Numbered from the stretch's first letter, positions 1 to 11,133 are shown. The stretch is 64,000 nucleotides of DNA from an uncultured delta proteobacterium (GCA_963845145.1 CAWJQU010000004.1:384001-448000); one strand, 5' to 3'. Program-made: numbers and translations. Notes: generated by a model not told the origin, from the sequence alone.

Positions 1-1923
1 AAAATCAAATCATCAAACATGTACCGCTTTATACAGTTTATCAACCAACGCTACCAAACGGATTTTGATTCCTATGGTCCGCTTTACCAGTGGTCAATTG
101 ACCATATTTCCGACTTTTGGGCGGCGATGTGGGATTTTGCAGATATACGTGCAAGCCGTCCCTACGATCAAGTCGTTGATGATGCGACTAAAATGCCCGG
201 TGCCAAATGGTTTTCCGGCGCGAAGCTGAACTTTGCCGAAAATTTGCTGCGTTTTCGCGATGATCGCGAAGCCCTGGTTTTTAATGGTGAAGGGCAAGTG
301 TCGGTGAAGGTTACCTATGCCGAGTTGTACGATGAAGTCGCACGCCTGGCCAAGGCACTCAGGCAAATGGGGGTCGTTGCCGGCGATCGCGTGGTGGGGT
401 TTATTCCCAATATGCCTGAAGCGATCTTCGCTATGCTGGCGGCTACAAGTATCGGGGCGGCCTGGTCCTCATGTTCACCGGATTTTGGTATCAAAGGTGT
501 GCTGGACCGGTTCGGACAGATCAAGCCAAAAGTACTATTCACGGCCGACGGGTACTTCTTTAAAGGCAAAAAGATCGATTCGCTCAGCCGAATGGCCGAT
601 ATTCTAAAACAACTTCCTTCCATTGAGAAAGTGGTGGTGGTTCCCTACACTGAATCCACACCCGATATCGCCAATTTAATCAATGCGGTTCATTATCGGG
701 ATTTCAGGTCAAATGAAAAACCGGGGGAGATCGAGTTCGAACAACTTCCTTTTGACCATCCCCTATATATCATGTACTCGTCGGGCACGACCGGGTTGCC
801 CAAATGTATGGTCCAGAGCGCCGGCGGTATTCTCATCCATCATATCAAGGAATTGATGCTGCATACCAATCTGAGCCGGGATGATACCATCTTTTATTTT
901 ACGACCTGCGGCTGGATGATGTGGAATTGGCTGGTCAGTTCCCTTGCCGTGGGGGCCCGGGTGGTTCTTTTTGACGGCAACCCCTTTCATCCCGACCCCG
1001 GCGCCCTGTGGCAAATGGCGCAGGATGAACGGATCACCGTTTTTGGTACGAGTGCCGGTTACATAGCCGCCCTTCAAAATGCAGAAGCAACCCCGGGCCG
1101 CGATTATGACTTAAGCTCTTTGCAGGCCGTACTTTCAACCGGATCACCGCTGTCGGTGGAAGGATTTTTGTATATTTACAATGAAGTCAAAAAGGATGTG
1201 CAGTTGGCGTCCATCGCCGGCGGTTCCGATTTAAACGGATGCTTTGCGCTGGGCAATCCTATCTTACCGGTCTATGCCAGCGAGCTTCAATGCCGAGGCC
1301 TGGCCATGAAGGTAAAAGCCTATGATGAATCGGGACAACCCGTTAAAAACCGGCAAGGGGAACTGGTATGCACGGCACCGTTTCCCTCCATGCCCATCTA
1401 CTTCTGGGATGACGAAGATGGAAAAAAATACCACAAGGCCTACTTCGATGTTTATCCGGGTATCTGGCGCCACGGTGATTTTATTGAAATCACCGAACGA
1501 GGCGGTGTCGTCATGTATGGGCGCTCGGATGCCACGTTGAACCCCGGCGGTGTGCGTATCGGTACCGCGGAAATTTACCGTCAGGTGGAGCAGCTTGACG
1601 CCATTGAAGACAGCCTGGTAATCGGGCAAAACTGGAATAATGATGTTCGGGTGATTCTTTTTGTCAAAATGGCCCCGGACGAGGTATTGACGGAAGAATT
1701 AATCGCCGCAATCCGGTCGACCATTCGGTCTAATGCATCACCACGCCATGTTCCTCAAAAGATAATCGAGGTGCCCGCAATTCCGTATACGCTCAATATG
1801 AAAAAAGTCGAGCTGGCTGTGAAAAAGATTATCGAAGGTCAACCCGTGTTGAATAAAGACGCCCTGAGCAATCCCGAGGCGCTCGACTTTTATGCGGACC
1901 TGCCCGAACTCCAGACGGATTAA
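1..1923 (+). CDS. Acetoacetate--CoA ligase (probably 5' truncated by window edge)
   Basis: ANL adenylation motifs YIMYSSGTTGLPKC and GRSDATLNPGGVRIGTAEIY, plus FTTCGWMMWNWL typical of acetoacetyl-CoA synthetases; frame is open from base 1. Confidence 0.9.
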   Translation, partial: KIKSSNMYRFIQFINQRYQTDFDSYGPLYQWSIDHISDFWAAMWDFADIRASRPYDQVVDDATKMPGAKWFSGAKLNFAENLLRFRDDREALVFNGEGQVSVKVTYAELYDEVARLAKALRQMGVVAGDRVVGFIPNMPEAIFAMLAATSIGAAWSSCSPDFGIKGVLDRFGQIKPKVLFTADGYFFKGKKIDSLSRMADILKQLPSIEKVVVVPYTESTPDIANLINAVHYRDFRSNEKPGEIEFEQLPFDHPLYIMYSSGTTGLPKCMVQSAGGILIHHIKELMLHTNLSRDDTIFYFTTCGWMMWNWLVSSLAVGARVVLFDGNPFHPDPGALWQMAQDERITVFGTSAGYIAALQNAEATPGRDYDLSSLQAVLSTGSPLSVEGFLYIYNEVKKDVQLASIAGGSDLNGCFALGNPILPVYASELQCRGLAMKVKAYDESGQPVKNRQGELVCTAPFPSMPIYFWDDEDGKKYHKAYFDVYPGIWRHGDFIEITERGGVVMYGRSDATLNPGGVRIGTAEIYRQVEQLDAIEDSLVIGQNWNNDVRVILFVKMAPDEVLTEELIAAIRSTIRSNASPRHVPQKIIEVPAIPYTLNMKKVELAVKKIIEGQPVLNKDALSNPEALDFYADLPELQTD

Positions 1924-2044
1924 CCTTGTTTTTTGACTATTAGGCGGGTTGACATCTGTACGCCGGTGTTCGGTTTTACTATCGTTTCATTGCAGTGGTC
2001 AGTATTATTACAGTTGCAAGGGATATCCTGCTATCAATGGTGAC

Positions 2045-4249
2045 ATGAATCCTTCCCCCGATACACCCGCGTTTGAAACCCTCTCCGGTCGTATTGACCG
2101 GATTACTTACCTTAACGAAGAAAACGGCTATACGGTCGCCCAGGTCATTGTTCCGGGCCGTGACGACCCGGTAACGGTGGTGGGCAACTTGATCAACCCC
2201 ATTCCCGGCGAATTTGTAAAAATGAAGGGGACGTGGGGGGTTCATGCGACTTTTGGCAAACAATTTCGGGTTGATAGCTACACGGTATCCGTTCCCACTA
2301 CGATTGATGGGATTCGCAAATATCTCGGCTCAGGATTGATCAAGGGGATCGGACCGAAAATGGCCGATCGTATTATCCGCCGGTTCGGCCAAGAGACCCT
2401 GGATATTATCGGCGAGAATCCCCAGCGGCTCATGGAAGTAGAAGGGATTGGGGCCAAGCGGGTCGATATGGTCAAGGCCACCTGGCAGAATCAGAAGGAG
2501 ATCAGGGATGTCATGATTTTCCTTCAATCGTATGGTATCGGCGCGGCCTACGCGGCCCGAATATACAAACAGTACGATAGAGACACCATCCTGGTGGTTC
2601 GGGACAACCCCTACCAGCTGGCCGAGGATATCAGCGGCATTGGTTTTACAACTGCGGATCGGGTTGCTGCCAAACTCGGTTTCGACAGACAGTCCGAATT
2701 TCGAGTGCGGGCCGGGGTCATTTATCTGCTTCACCGTTTGGCCGAAGAAGGCCATGTCTACTACCCTTTTCGTCTTTTAATCTCAAAGGCACGAGAACTC
2801 CTCGATGTTGAGCCAATGCTCATCGAAAAGGCCTTGAACCATATTCAAGAAGAGAACAAGGTTGTAATTGAAAGACCTGCCGGGGTGACCGACGGTGGGG
2901 CGATGGAGGACGCATCCGTATACTTGTCCCATTTCCATTTTTGTGAAACACAAATCGCCGCCAAGCTCGTGTCGCTTGGTCGAATACCTTCCGATTTGCC
3001 CACTACCGAAGTGGATCGGGCCTTAACCGAGGTCCAAAGACGGCTTTCGATTGCGCTTGCTTCGGAACAAATACATGCCGTGAAGAAGGCCTTTACGCAA
3101 AAAGTACTGATTGTCACCGGCGGGCCGGGTACCGGTAAAACGACCATTATTGACGTGATCGTTCGTGTTTGCCATCGCCTGGGCCAAAAAACCTTACTGG
3201 CGGCGCCAACAGGTCGGGCTGCCAAGCGAATGAGTGAAGCCACGGGGCATAGCGCCCGTACGATTCATCGCTTGCTGGAGTTCAGCTTTCAAAAAGGGGG
3301 TTTCCAGCGTAATGAAGATCGTCCGCTGAATTGTCGTTATCTGGTCATCGATGAGGTGTCGATGATCGACACGGTACTTATGCACCAGCTTTTAAAAGCG
3401 GTGGCCCTGGATACCTCTCTGATTCTGGTGGGAGATGTTCACCAGTTGCCTTCTGTTGGGGCGGGGATGGTTCTTGGCGACATCATCGCCTCCGGCTGCT
3501 TTGGTGTGGTTGGCCTAACCGAGATATTCAGACAGGCCCAATCCAGTCGCATCATCGTCAATGCCCATCGCATCAACGAGGGGGAGATGCCGGATCTGTC
3601 GCCGATGAATCACAAGACCGATTTCTACTTCAGAAAAAGAGATGACCCTCAGGAAGCCCTGGGTTTTATCATTAATCTGGTCACCGATCATATTCCCCGC
3701 GTATTTGGTTTTGACCCCATGGAGGATATCCAGGTTTTATCGCCCATGCACAAAGGCGCTGTCGGCGCGGTGAATCTGAATCGGGAATTGCAGGAAACGC
3801 TTAACCCCCATGGGGATGCCGTTAGACGTGGTGATTTTCGTCTGAGAGTCGGTGATAAAGTCATGCAAGTGAAAAACAACTACGACCGGGAGGTGTTTAA
3901 CGGCGATATGGGCCGGATTCACCGCATTGACCCTGATGCGCGGGAAGTTATCGTGAACTTTGACGGCCGGCCGGTCAACTACCCATTTGCAGAGATCGGT
4001 GAACTGAGCCTGGCATACGCGATATCCGTCCACAAGTCCCAGGGATCGGAATATCCGGCCGTGGTGATCCCGCTATTGACCCAACACTACGTCCTGCTTC
4101 AACGCAACCTGCTATACACGGCGGTGACGCGAGGAAAAAAGCTGGTCGTCGTGGTGGGTTCTAAAAAGGCCCTGGCCATGGCGGTGAAAAATGCGAAGAC
4201 CCAGATGCGTTATACAAAATTGGATAAACGGTTACAGGGATATCGCTGA
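2045..4249 (+). CDS. recD2: RecD2-like ATP-dependent DNA helicase
   Basis: HhH repeats (IKGIGPKMA, VEGIGAKR), Walker A GGPGTGKTT, DEVSM, HKSQGSEY; ATG at 2045 preferred. Confidence 0.92.
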   Translation: MNPSPDTPAFETLSGRIDRITYLNEENGYTVAQVIVPGRDDPVTVVGNLINPIPGEFVKMKGTWGVHATFGKQFRVDSYTVSVPTTIDGIRKYLGSGLIKGIGPKMADRIIRRFGQETLDIIGENPQRLMEVEGIGAKRVDMVKATWQNQKEIRDVMIFLQSYGIGAAYAARIYKQYDRDTILVVRDNPYQLAEDISGIGFTTADRVAAKLGFDRQSEFRVRAGVIYLLHRLAEEGHVYYPFRLLISKARELLDVEPMLIEKALNHIQEENKVVIERPAGVTDGGAMEDASVYLSHFHFCETQIAAKLVSLGRIPSDLPTTEVDRALTEVQRRLSIALASEQIHAVKKAFTQKVLIVTGGPGTGKTTIIDVIVRVCHRLGQKTLLAAPTGRAAKRMSEATGHSARTIHRLLEFSFQKGGFQRNEDRPLNCRYLVIDEVSMIDTVLMHQLLKAVALDTSLILVGDVHQLPSVGAGMVLGDIIASGCFGVVGLTEIFRQAQSSRIIVNAHRINEGEMPDLSPMNHKTDFYFRKRDDPQEALGFIINLVTDHIPRVFGFDPMEDIQVLSPMHKGAVGAVNLNRELQETLNPHGDAVRRGDFRLRVGDKVMQVKNNYDREVFNGDMGRIHRIDPDAREVIVNFDGRPVNYPFAEIGELSLAYAISVHKSQGSEYPAVVIPLLTQHYVLLQRNLLYTAVTRGKKLVVVVGSKKALAMAVKNAKTQMRYTKLDKRLQGYR

Positions 4250-4305
4250 CTGGAAAACCTCGGTGCTACAAATGATTTGAAGTTGTGAAATGACACATAC
4301 AAAAG

Positions 4306-5115
4306 GTGAAATCAGTGGAACAGCCATCATTATTAATTGAAAAAACGGGTAATATCAGCACGTTGGTTTTAAATCGTCCCGAAAAGAAAAATTCCCTTTC
4401 GCCCGAACTGGTCGAAAAATTATTGGCAGTGCTAAAGCAGTTATCCGCCGATGAAGCGATTCGAACCCTTGTGATTCGTGGTCGTGGCGATCAGGCGTTC
4501 TGCGCCGGTTACGATATCGGCGCTTTATCAGCCAAAATTGATGAGGATGCCGATGCGCACCTTGAGCGATTGGGCCGAGTGGAGCTATTGTTTCAAGCGA
4601 TTGTCCAATTTCCTTGGCCGGTTATCATTATGTTAAACGGTGCTGCGTTTGGCGCGGGACTCGAATTGGCGATTTGTGGAGACCTGCGTATTGGTGCCGA
4701 GGACATTCGGATCGGTATGCCACCGGCCAAATTGGGGATCGTTTATCCTTGGAATGGATTGAAACGCTTTGTTCAGGTCATTGGCCTGCAGGCAACCAAA
4801 GAGATGTTTTTTACGGGGCGTGTCTACGCTCAGGATACTCGTTTAAAAGAGATGGGATTGGTGGATCATTTCACTTCTCGCCCTGACCTTGAGGCCAAGA
4901 CCTACCAAATGGCGGAGATGATCGCGGGCAATGCCCCGTTGGCCTTGAAAGGGACGAAAAAGGTTATTAATTTGATATCAGATACGTTAAAACTTCACGG
5001 TGATAATCGAATTATAGCGGAGTCGCTCACTCGGCGGGCATTTGTAAGCGATGATGCCAAAGAGGGCCGGCGTGCGTTTTTTGAAAAGCGCGCCCCCCGG
5101 TTTAAAGGCCGGTAA
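4306..5115 (+). CDS. Enoyl-CoA hydratase/isomerase (crotonase) family protein
   Basis: LNRPEKKNSL, AFCAGYDI, GAAFGAGLELA, C-terminal EGRRAFFEKRAPRFKG. Confidence 0.88.
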   Translation: MKSVEQPSLLIEKTGNISTLVLNRPEKKNSLSPELVEKLLAVLKQLSADEAIRTLVIRGRGDQAFCAGYDIGALSAKIDEDADAHLERLGRVELLFQAIVQFPWPVIIMLNGAAFGAGLELAICGDLRIGAEDIRIGMPPAKLGIVYPWNGLKRFVQVIGLQATKEMFFTGRVYAQDTRLKEMGLVDHFTSRPDLEAKTYQMAEMIAGNAPLALKGTKKVINLISDTLKLHGDNRIIAESLTRRAFVSDDAKEGRRAFFEKRAPRFKGR

Positions 5116-5189
5116 AGCCCAATAGACTGCGACCATTGTGGCCCGCGTGGAAAAATAATCAGAAAAGTAAACCAAAGGATGTAACGCCC

Positions 5190-6062
5190 ATGACAAAGAT
5201 CCGGACCATTAAATCGATTTCCAAATCGATCCCCACCCTTGAGGGGGCTGGTGTTCAGCTAAAACGCGTTTTCGGACACGGCCAGGCGCCCCGGTTTGAT
5301 CCGTTTTTAATGATGGATGATTTTCGCGCGGATTCACCGGATCAATACATTCAAGGCTTTCCCTGGCACCCCCATCGCGGCATCGAGACGATTACTTATA
5401 TCCTTGATGGTAGTGTTGAACATGGCGACAGCCTGGGGAATCAAGGGGTGATTACATCGGGGAGCGTTCAATGGATGACCGCTGGCAGCGGTATCATTCA
5501 TCAGGAGATGCCCAAAGGAGACGCCAGTGGCAGGATGGGGGGCTTTCAATTGTGGGCCAATCTCCCGGCCGCGGAAAAAATGATGGCACCCCGATATCGT
5601 GATGTGCCATGTAAGGACATTCCCACGGTGAGATTGGAAAACGGGGTCGAGATTGGTGTCATTTCCGGATCGATAGCAGGCCAATCGGGTCCTGTCAAAG
5701 ATGTGGTGATCGAACCCACCTATTTTGATGTCAGGCTTCCGGCAGGAACTGAATTTATCCATTCAACCCCTGCTGCGCATACCTTGCTGGCCTATGTGAT
5801 TTCCGGGCAAGCCTATTTTAATCCGCAATCGGTAGACCTTTATGGAAATGAAACCCTGGTGTTATTTGATAAAGGCGACCAAATTCAGGTTCGAACTGAA
5901 GCCGAGTCTTCCGTGCGATTTTTATTGCTGGCCGGCAAGCCCATCGGCGAACCGGTGGCTTGGCAGGGGCCCATCGTGATGAATACGGAAGCGGAACTGG
6001 AACTAGCCTTTGCCGAGTACCGCAACGGTACGTTTATTAAGCACCCGGACCCAAATCTTTGA
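5190..6062 (+). CDS. Pirin family protein
   Basis: GFPWHPHRGIETITY, WMTAGSGIIHQE, GPIVMNT. Confidence 0.93.
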   Translation: MTKIRTIKSISKSIPTLEGAGVQLKRVFGHGQAPRFDPFLMMDDFRADSPDQYIQGFPWHPHRGIETITYILDGSVEHGDSLGNQGVITSGSVQWMTAGSGIIHQEMPKGDASGRMGGFQLWANLPAAEKMMAPRYRDVPCKDIPTVRLENGVEIGVISGSIAGQSGPVKDVVIEPTYFDVRLPAGTEFIHSTPAAHTLLAYVISGQAYFNPQSVDLYGNETLVLFDKGDQIQVRTEAESSVRFLLLAGKPIGEPVAWQGPIVMNTEAELELAFAEYRNGTFIKHPDPNL

Positions 6063-7902
6063 GCAGGGATTCACTGTTTAAATAGCAAACACTGGCCGGA
6101 AACTGTTCTCCAACCGGGTTGGGAGGGTCCTCGCAAGTAATATCGTCGATGGCAGAGATCTGTCGGTTGAGCTCTTTTTTAACCGCCACGCCGATGTCTT
6201 CAAACGTATAGGGTTTAGAGACATATTGACCGGCTCCCAGGCGCTCGCATTCCTTGACCCGATTGCTTTCCGAAAAACCGCTTGTGATGACCGCTTTCTG
6301 CGTGGGGTGGACCTGAAGGATTTTCCGATACGTATCCAATCCATCAATGCCCGGCGGCATGATCATATCGAGCACGATGATATCCGCAGGTTGTCTCTTT
6401 ACAACCTTGATGGCCTCTTCACCGCTTGAAACCGTTGAAACTTTATAGCCTAAATGGGTCAGAATATCGGAAGCGATCTCTCTTTGGGCTTTGACATCAT
6501 CAATGATTAATATTTTCTGGCCATTGCCCATATATGATGTCATCGGCATGACCGTCTTTTTGGGTATGATTTCATCGCGGGTAATCGGGAAATAGAGTTC
6601 AAAGGTTGATCCGAGGCCCTCTTTGCTGTTGACATCGATAAATCCCTGATGATCTTTCACCGTGCCGTAAACAACGGACATCCCCAGGCCGGTGCCGCTT
6701 TTCCCCATGACTTTGGTACTGTAAAACGGCTCAAAAATTCGATTCATATCCACCGGCGCAATCCCGCTGCCGTTATCAGCGATGCGCAAGACAACATACT
6801 CGCCCTCATCAATATTGAGATCGTATCCATTAATGGGTTTGTCAACATATTGATTTTTGGTGGATATCGAAATGAGCCCGCCATAGGGCAGGGCTTCAAC
6901 GGCATTGGTCACCAGATTCATCACGGTTTTGTCCATATGAACCTGTTTACCGATGATATTCATCAAATTTGGATCAAGGCTCGTATCGATTTGGATGTCA
7001 GGATGGTGGATTTTAATTTTTTCAAATATAGCCGATTCTAAAAACGAAGATACCGCATCGTTTAGATTAAGCACCTTGGTCTTGATCACACCTCTTCGGG
7101 CCAAGGTCAATAAATCCTGGACCAATTGTGCCAATTTATCCGATTGCTCCAGAGATGTTTTTAAGAATTTACGGGTTTGGTTATCAGGAGCGGATTTCAT
7201 GAGTGCAATTTCAATATTGCCGATCACTCCCCCCAGGATATTATTACAATCATGGGCAAACCCGCCAGCCAGAAGGCCAATGGCCTCCATCTTTTCAGCC
7301 CGGGCAATCCTTTCCTGAAGCTCTTTCTTTTCCTTTTCCGCTCTTTTCAGATCGGTAAGGTCTTGAATAAAAGTGATGATACTGATGACCACTCCCTGTT
7401 TGTTTTTATAGGGGATTTTGTCCACCAATATCGATTTTCGACCGTGGGGTGTGTGAATGATGCCGCTTTTATTCATTACGGCCTCTCCGGTTTCAAAAAC
7501 CACCGAATCATCATGCAATAGTGATGATTTGTCCGCCGCAACCAGCTCAGTATGGGTTTTTCCAAGGATCTGTTTTATCGGAATCCCTAAAAAATCAGCG
7601 AATTTTCGATTCACTCGAATATAGCGGAATTGTGGGTCTTTATAGGCAATCATAGCCGGAGATAAATCTAGCATGATTTGCAGTTCCTGACCCTTAATCT
7701 CTAAGATATGCTTGGCGTCATTGAGTTCTTTGGTTCGATCCTTAACTTTTTTTTCCAGGCTGGACAATAAATCGAAATAACTATTGGTCGTACTTTCGTA
7801 CTCTTCCTTAGTCACACGAAGTTCATTCGACAGATGTTTGGCCCGTGTTTCAAGTAAAAGGATTTTTTCCTTCACCGACTTTTCCTGGTCAGGTCTGGTC
7901 AT
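6037..7902 (-). CDS. PAS-domain hybrid sensor histidine kinase/response regulator
   Basis: H-box LAGGFAHDCNN, N-box NLVTNAVEA, G-boxes DNGSGI/GTGLGMS, C-terminal receiver domain (IIDD...LDMIMP...SKPY). Confidence 0.9.
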   Translation of the reverse strand: MTRPDQEKSVKEKILLLETRAKHLSNELRVTKEEYESTTNSYFDLLSSLEKKVKDRTKELNDAKHILEIKGQELQIMLDLSPAMIAYKDPQFRYIRVNRKFADFLGIPIKQILGKTHTELVAADKSSLLHDDSVVFETGEAVMNKSGIIHTPHGRKSILVDKIPYKNKQGVVISIITFIQDLTDLKRAEKEKKELQERIARAEKMEAIGLLAGGFAHDCNNILGGVIGNIEIALMKSAPDNQTRKFLKTSLEQSDKLAQLVQDLLTLARRGVIKTKVLNLNDAVSSFLESAIFEKIKIHHPDIQIDTSLDPNLMNIIGKQVHMDKTVMNLVTNAVEALPYGGLISISTKNQYVDKPINGYDLNIDEGEYVVLRIADNGSGIAPVDMNRIFEPFYSTKVMGKSGTGLGMSVVYGTVKDHQGFIDVNSKEGLGSTFELYFPITRDEIIPKKTVMPMTSYMGNGQKILIIDDVKAQREIASDILTHLGYKVSTVSSGEEAIKVVKRQPADIIVLDMIMPPGIDGLDTYRKILQVHPTQKAVITSGFSESNRVKECERLGAGQYVSKPYTFEDIGVAVKKELNRQISAIDDITCEDPPNPVGEQFPASVCYLNSESLLKDLGPGA

Positions 7903-7903
7903 G

Positions 7904-8764
7904 TTAAAACAACCCCTGTTTTTTCATTTCAGAGAGCTCCGCATTGACATCTTCTACGATGAGATCAAGCGCACCCGGTTGAATGTCCAACTCCTCTAAA
8001 CAGTCTTTGTATCGTCTGTCTTTTTCTTGTGAGGCATCAGAGTATTCACTGCTGCACCTTTGGCTTAATCGCTCCGATACAGAGATGGTGGCGGCTAATC
8101 GTACCGTAGAGACATCACCGACCAATGGGTTATGATGGTACCCGATGGCACCGGATAACTCCGGGGGCAGTCCCCAATTTTCAGTGAGCACCTTACCCAA
8201 CCGGGCATGATTAAATCCCAGTATTTTTTTCTCTTGTAACGGGAGATCGCCCTTCTCGATACTGGATGATTCCAGAATATTTTTAAATTCATCGGGTAAA
8301 AAATGATCTTCAACTATGATTCCGATATCATGGAGCAGACCGGCTACATATGCATCGCTTCCTTTTTCGCCGAATTCCTTGCGGTAAATCATCTTGCACA
8401 ATTTGGCGACAACGACACAATGCTTCCAGAGTGCATCTCGGGAATAGCCGTTTACCGATCCGTTTCCTCTGAAAATATCGCAAACCTTCTGACTCAGGGC
8501 GAGTTCCTTCAGCGTATCAAGCCCTATCCAGACAACGGCGTGTTTAAGTTCGCCGATTTGGTTGACCGGTGAATAATAAGCGGAATTGGCGACTTTCAAC
8601 ACCTTGCCCATCAAAGGGGGGTCCAACTCCACCACCTCAATGAGATCATTAGCGGTCGATTTGGGATCGTTGATCACACGAATGATGCCTGAGACCACAT
8701 TTTTCATTGAGGCAATTTCAGAATCGTTTACCGTTTGGACTAAACTATTAATTTTTCTGGACAT
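7904..8764 (-). CDS. HDOD domain protein
   Basis: DPPLMGKVLKVANSAYY, AGLLHDIG, HARLG...WGLP...HHNP. Confidence 0.9.
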   Translation of the reverse strand: MSRKINSLVQTVNDSEIASMKNVVSGIIRVINDPKSTANDLIEVVELDPPLMGKVLKVANSAYYSPVNQIGELKHAVVWIGLDTLKELALSQKVCDIFRGNGSVNGYSRDALWKHCVVVAKLCKMIYRKEFGEKGSDAYVAGLLHDIGIIVEDHFLPDEFKNILESSSIEKGDLPLQEKKILGFNHARLGKVLTENWGLPPELSGAIGYHHNPLVGDVSTVRLAATISVSERLSQRCSSEYSDASQEKDRRYKDCLEELDIQPGALDLIVEDVNAELSEMKKQGLF

Positions 8765-9024
8765 TTTTACCTCTTTGTTGCCGGAGTAAGACTGGTTGTC
8801 GTGGTGCTGGTGCTCAATTAAAGATTTTTAAAGGGCAATTTTAATGAATTTTTACCCAATTATTATATCGGTTGACAGCTCGAATTACTTTAGCCGTATT
8901 TTCTGATTTGAATGGTTTTTTTTTAATGATTTAGGGGAAGGGGGGACGGTTGGGTCATTTTGCACCTTATTCAAAAGGCGCGAGGTTTCGTCAAACGGTT
9001 TGTGACACCCGGCAATTGCTCAAT

Positions 9025-9681
9025 CTATTTTAAAATTTGTGTTTTTGGAAACTTATGGGACCATTTTTGCCAAATAGTATCTTCAAAAGGACGTTTTTCA
9101 AGCCGACGTTTAAAATAGATACCCTGGATGCCCATCAGTCCATTTTTGTCCGGATACCACAAGGATCCGGTCTCTTTATCGTACAAGACAAACGTTGAGC
9201 GGTAGGTCCATCCCGAAGGGGCTATGGTCAGTCGGCGTCCGTCAATTTCACGGCTGTACACAGCCGCCAGGTCCACCAGTGGTCAATAGCCCACGGTAAC
9301 GGCTTCATCGCCGATGGTGGTGTTGGCAATTTCGTGCCGGGCCAGTTTTGATATAATATAGGCGTGGGATTCATCCTTATTCTTGATACCAATCACTCGG
9401 GCCGAGCCTTGTACAGAGGCCCCATTGGCTTTTAACGCGTTATTATCGACCGGCTTGATGGCATTGCGGCCGATACCGTATTGAAAATGTTGGGGTTTGA
9501 ACCCAAGGGTAGCCGCCTGGGTAATATCCCAGGATTCTCCGTGTTGGTCGATGAGATAGGTCTTATCCCCTTTTTGTTTAACACTCTGAGAGAAAACCGG
9601 CGTACCCCAAAACCAGATCATTCCCAATATCAGACCCAAAAAAAGCCCCAATATTGAAATGGGTTTAATCGGCTTTTTCAT
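9025..9681 (-). CDS. DUF3179-type exported selenoprotein (Sec at UGA 9283-9285)
   Basis: Two track ORFs are in one frame separated only by TGA, giving ...TVGY-U-PLVDLAAVYSR, which matches the family YCPL motif; hairpin CGGCTG-TGTA-CAGCCG 16 nt downstream; C-terminal LYDKETGSLW; N-terminal signal-like segment. Confidence 0.8.
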
Positions 9682-9720
9682 TTTTTTATCCCCATTGTTT
9701 CGTTTCAGATAGTCTCGTTT

Positions 9721-10440
9721 TCAGATCGTCTTTAAAAAGACGATCAGCGCCCTGATGTCGTCTTCGGAAAGGCCCTTGAATTCGGGCATATCCTTGAAAG
9801 GTGCTGCCAATTGTTTGCGGATGTTTTCTTCGGAGACAACTCGGTTGCTAACCGGCAGATTTTGCATTTGAAATAGCTGTTTTAATCCGGGCCCAATTTT
9901 TACTGCTGTTTGATCGGTAAAATGGCACATGGCACAATTATTTTCGAAAACGATTTTCCCTTGCTTAACGCTGTTTACCGGAATGGTTTCATTTTGAGCA
10001 CCGCTTATTCGACCGGTCCCATAAACCAGTTCGCCACCAAGGTACCCCAACCCCACAACGGCTAAAAGAGATGCGACCTGAACGGTAAGCAGCTTGCCCT
10101 TACCGCTTTCGTTGATGTATGCCAGCAGGATAGAAACGGCCAGGAAGATTACCAGCATACCAGCCAAAAGAATTTTCATTTTTATGGGAAACAACGAGGC
10201 TCCCTTATAGAAATGCTGCCAATCCATATAACCCAGAACCAGGGTGATCGGAATCGTTGCCAGGCAGAGTATCATCACATGACGGGCGGTTTTTAATAAT
10301 ATTGGCCGTTTAAACACAATAGCGAGAATCAGAAAGATAAACGCCCCCATTACCAAACCGATGGTAAGATGGGTTACCGTGGGGTGAAGCGGATGTGAAT
10401 ATCCCATTCTCGAAAGGTTTTGATATATATCGTCAAACAT
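9721..10440 (-). CDS. DUF2231-type membrane protein fused to a class I cytochrome c
   Basis: HPLHPTVTHLTIG, four TM helices, GYLGGELVY, C-terminal CAMCH heme motif with distal Met (KDMP). Confidence 0.75.
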   Translation of the reverse strand: MFDDIYQNLSRMGYSHPLHPTVTHLTIGLVMGAFIFLILAIVFKRPILLKTARHVMILCLATIPITLVLGYMDWQHFYKGASLFPIKMKILLAGMLVIFLAVSILLAYINESGKGKLLTVQVASLLAVVGLGYLGGELVYGTGRISGAQNETIPVNSVKQGKIVFENNCAMCHFTDQTAVKIGPGLKQLFQMQNLPVSNRVVSEENIRKQLAAPFKDMPEFKGLSEDDIRALIVFLKTI

Positions 10441-10467
10441 ATAATCCCTGCTTTCTTTGTTGGAAAG

Positions 10468-10505
10468 AGGCAGCGTTCGGGCGGGTCAGCCCGAAACGAC
10501 TGCCT
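10468..10505. terminator. Intergenic stem-loop
   Basis: AGGCAG-CGTT-CGGGC...GCCCG-AAACG-ACTGCCT inverted repeat between two co-oriented genes. Confidence 0.4.
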
Positions 10506-10539
10506 TTATGCAACTAAGGGTATTACCCGTGGATAAACG

Positions 10540-11025
10540 TTATTTTGGCTCGGTAAACAGCCAGTCATTATCTTTTTTAACGCTGTGACACTGTATACAA
10601 CCTTTTGGCTTGCCGCTGGCCATGATTTTACCATCCGGTCCATATTTACCCCAGAACCAATCACCTGCTTCAGGGTTATAACCCTTCACTTTCACCATGG
10701 GCGTAACGGCCATTAATGTTTTTTGATCTTTGCCGTAGTTTTCCTTGATAACAATGGCTCCCGCAGGCATCGGCTTGCCTTCTTTGAGCGCCTTTTGGGC
10801 TAGCGGGTTGGCGAATAACGCCAGGTAGGCACCGTGCGGGCTTTTCCCCGGGTAGATGTCCGGATAGCCGGGCCATTTTTCCCATTTTTGATAAGGATCG
10901 GTTTCGGTGATGAATGTCCACAGTTTACCCGGATCCGTCGGCGTCGAATCCCCACTTACAGCAACGATCACCATGCCAAAGATCAATATTCCTGCCACTG
11001 AAAATAGAACGATCAAACGTTTCAT
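10540..11025 (-). CDS. Cytochrome P460/c'-beta family protein
   Basis: Signal peptide, GAIVIKENY, GDWFW, C-terminal CIQCH...DWLF. Confidence 0.8.
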   Translation of the reverse strand: MKRLIVLFSVAGILIFGMVIVAVSGDSTPTDPGKLWTFITETDPYQKWEKWPGYPDIYPGKSPHGAYLALFANPLAQKALKEGKPMPAGAIVIKENYGKDQKTLMAVTPMVKVKGYNPEAGDWFWGKYGPDGKIMASGKPKGCIQCHSVKKDNDWLFTEPK

Positions 11026-11133
11026 GATTTACCCCTCCTAAGGCTTTCTAATAAATTGAAGATGGCTTGTTCGGCGGGTAGCGCTACGTTTTATCGAGCA
11101 AGTGGTTCTAAGTCGGGCAAGAGGCGTAAAACC

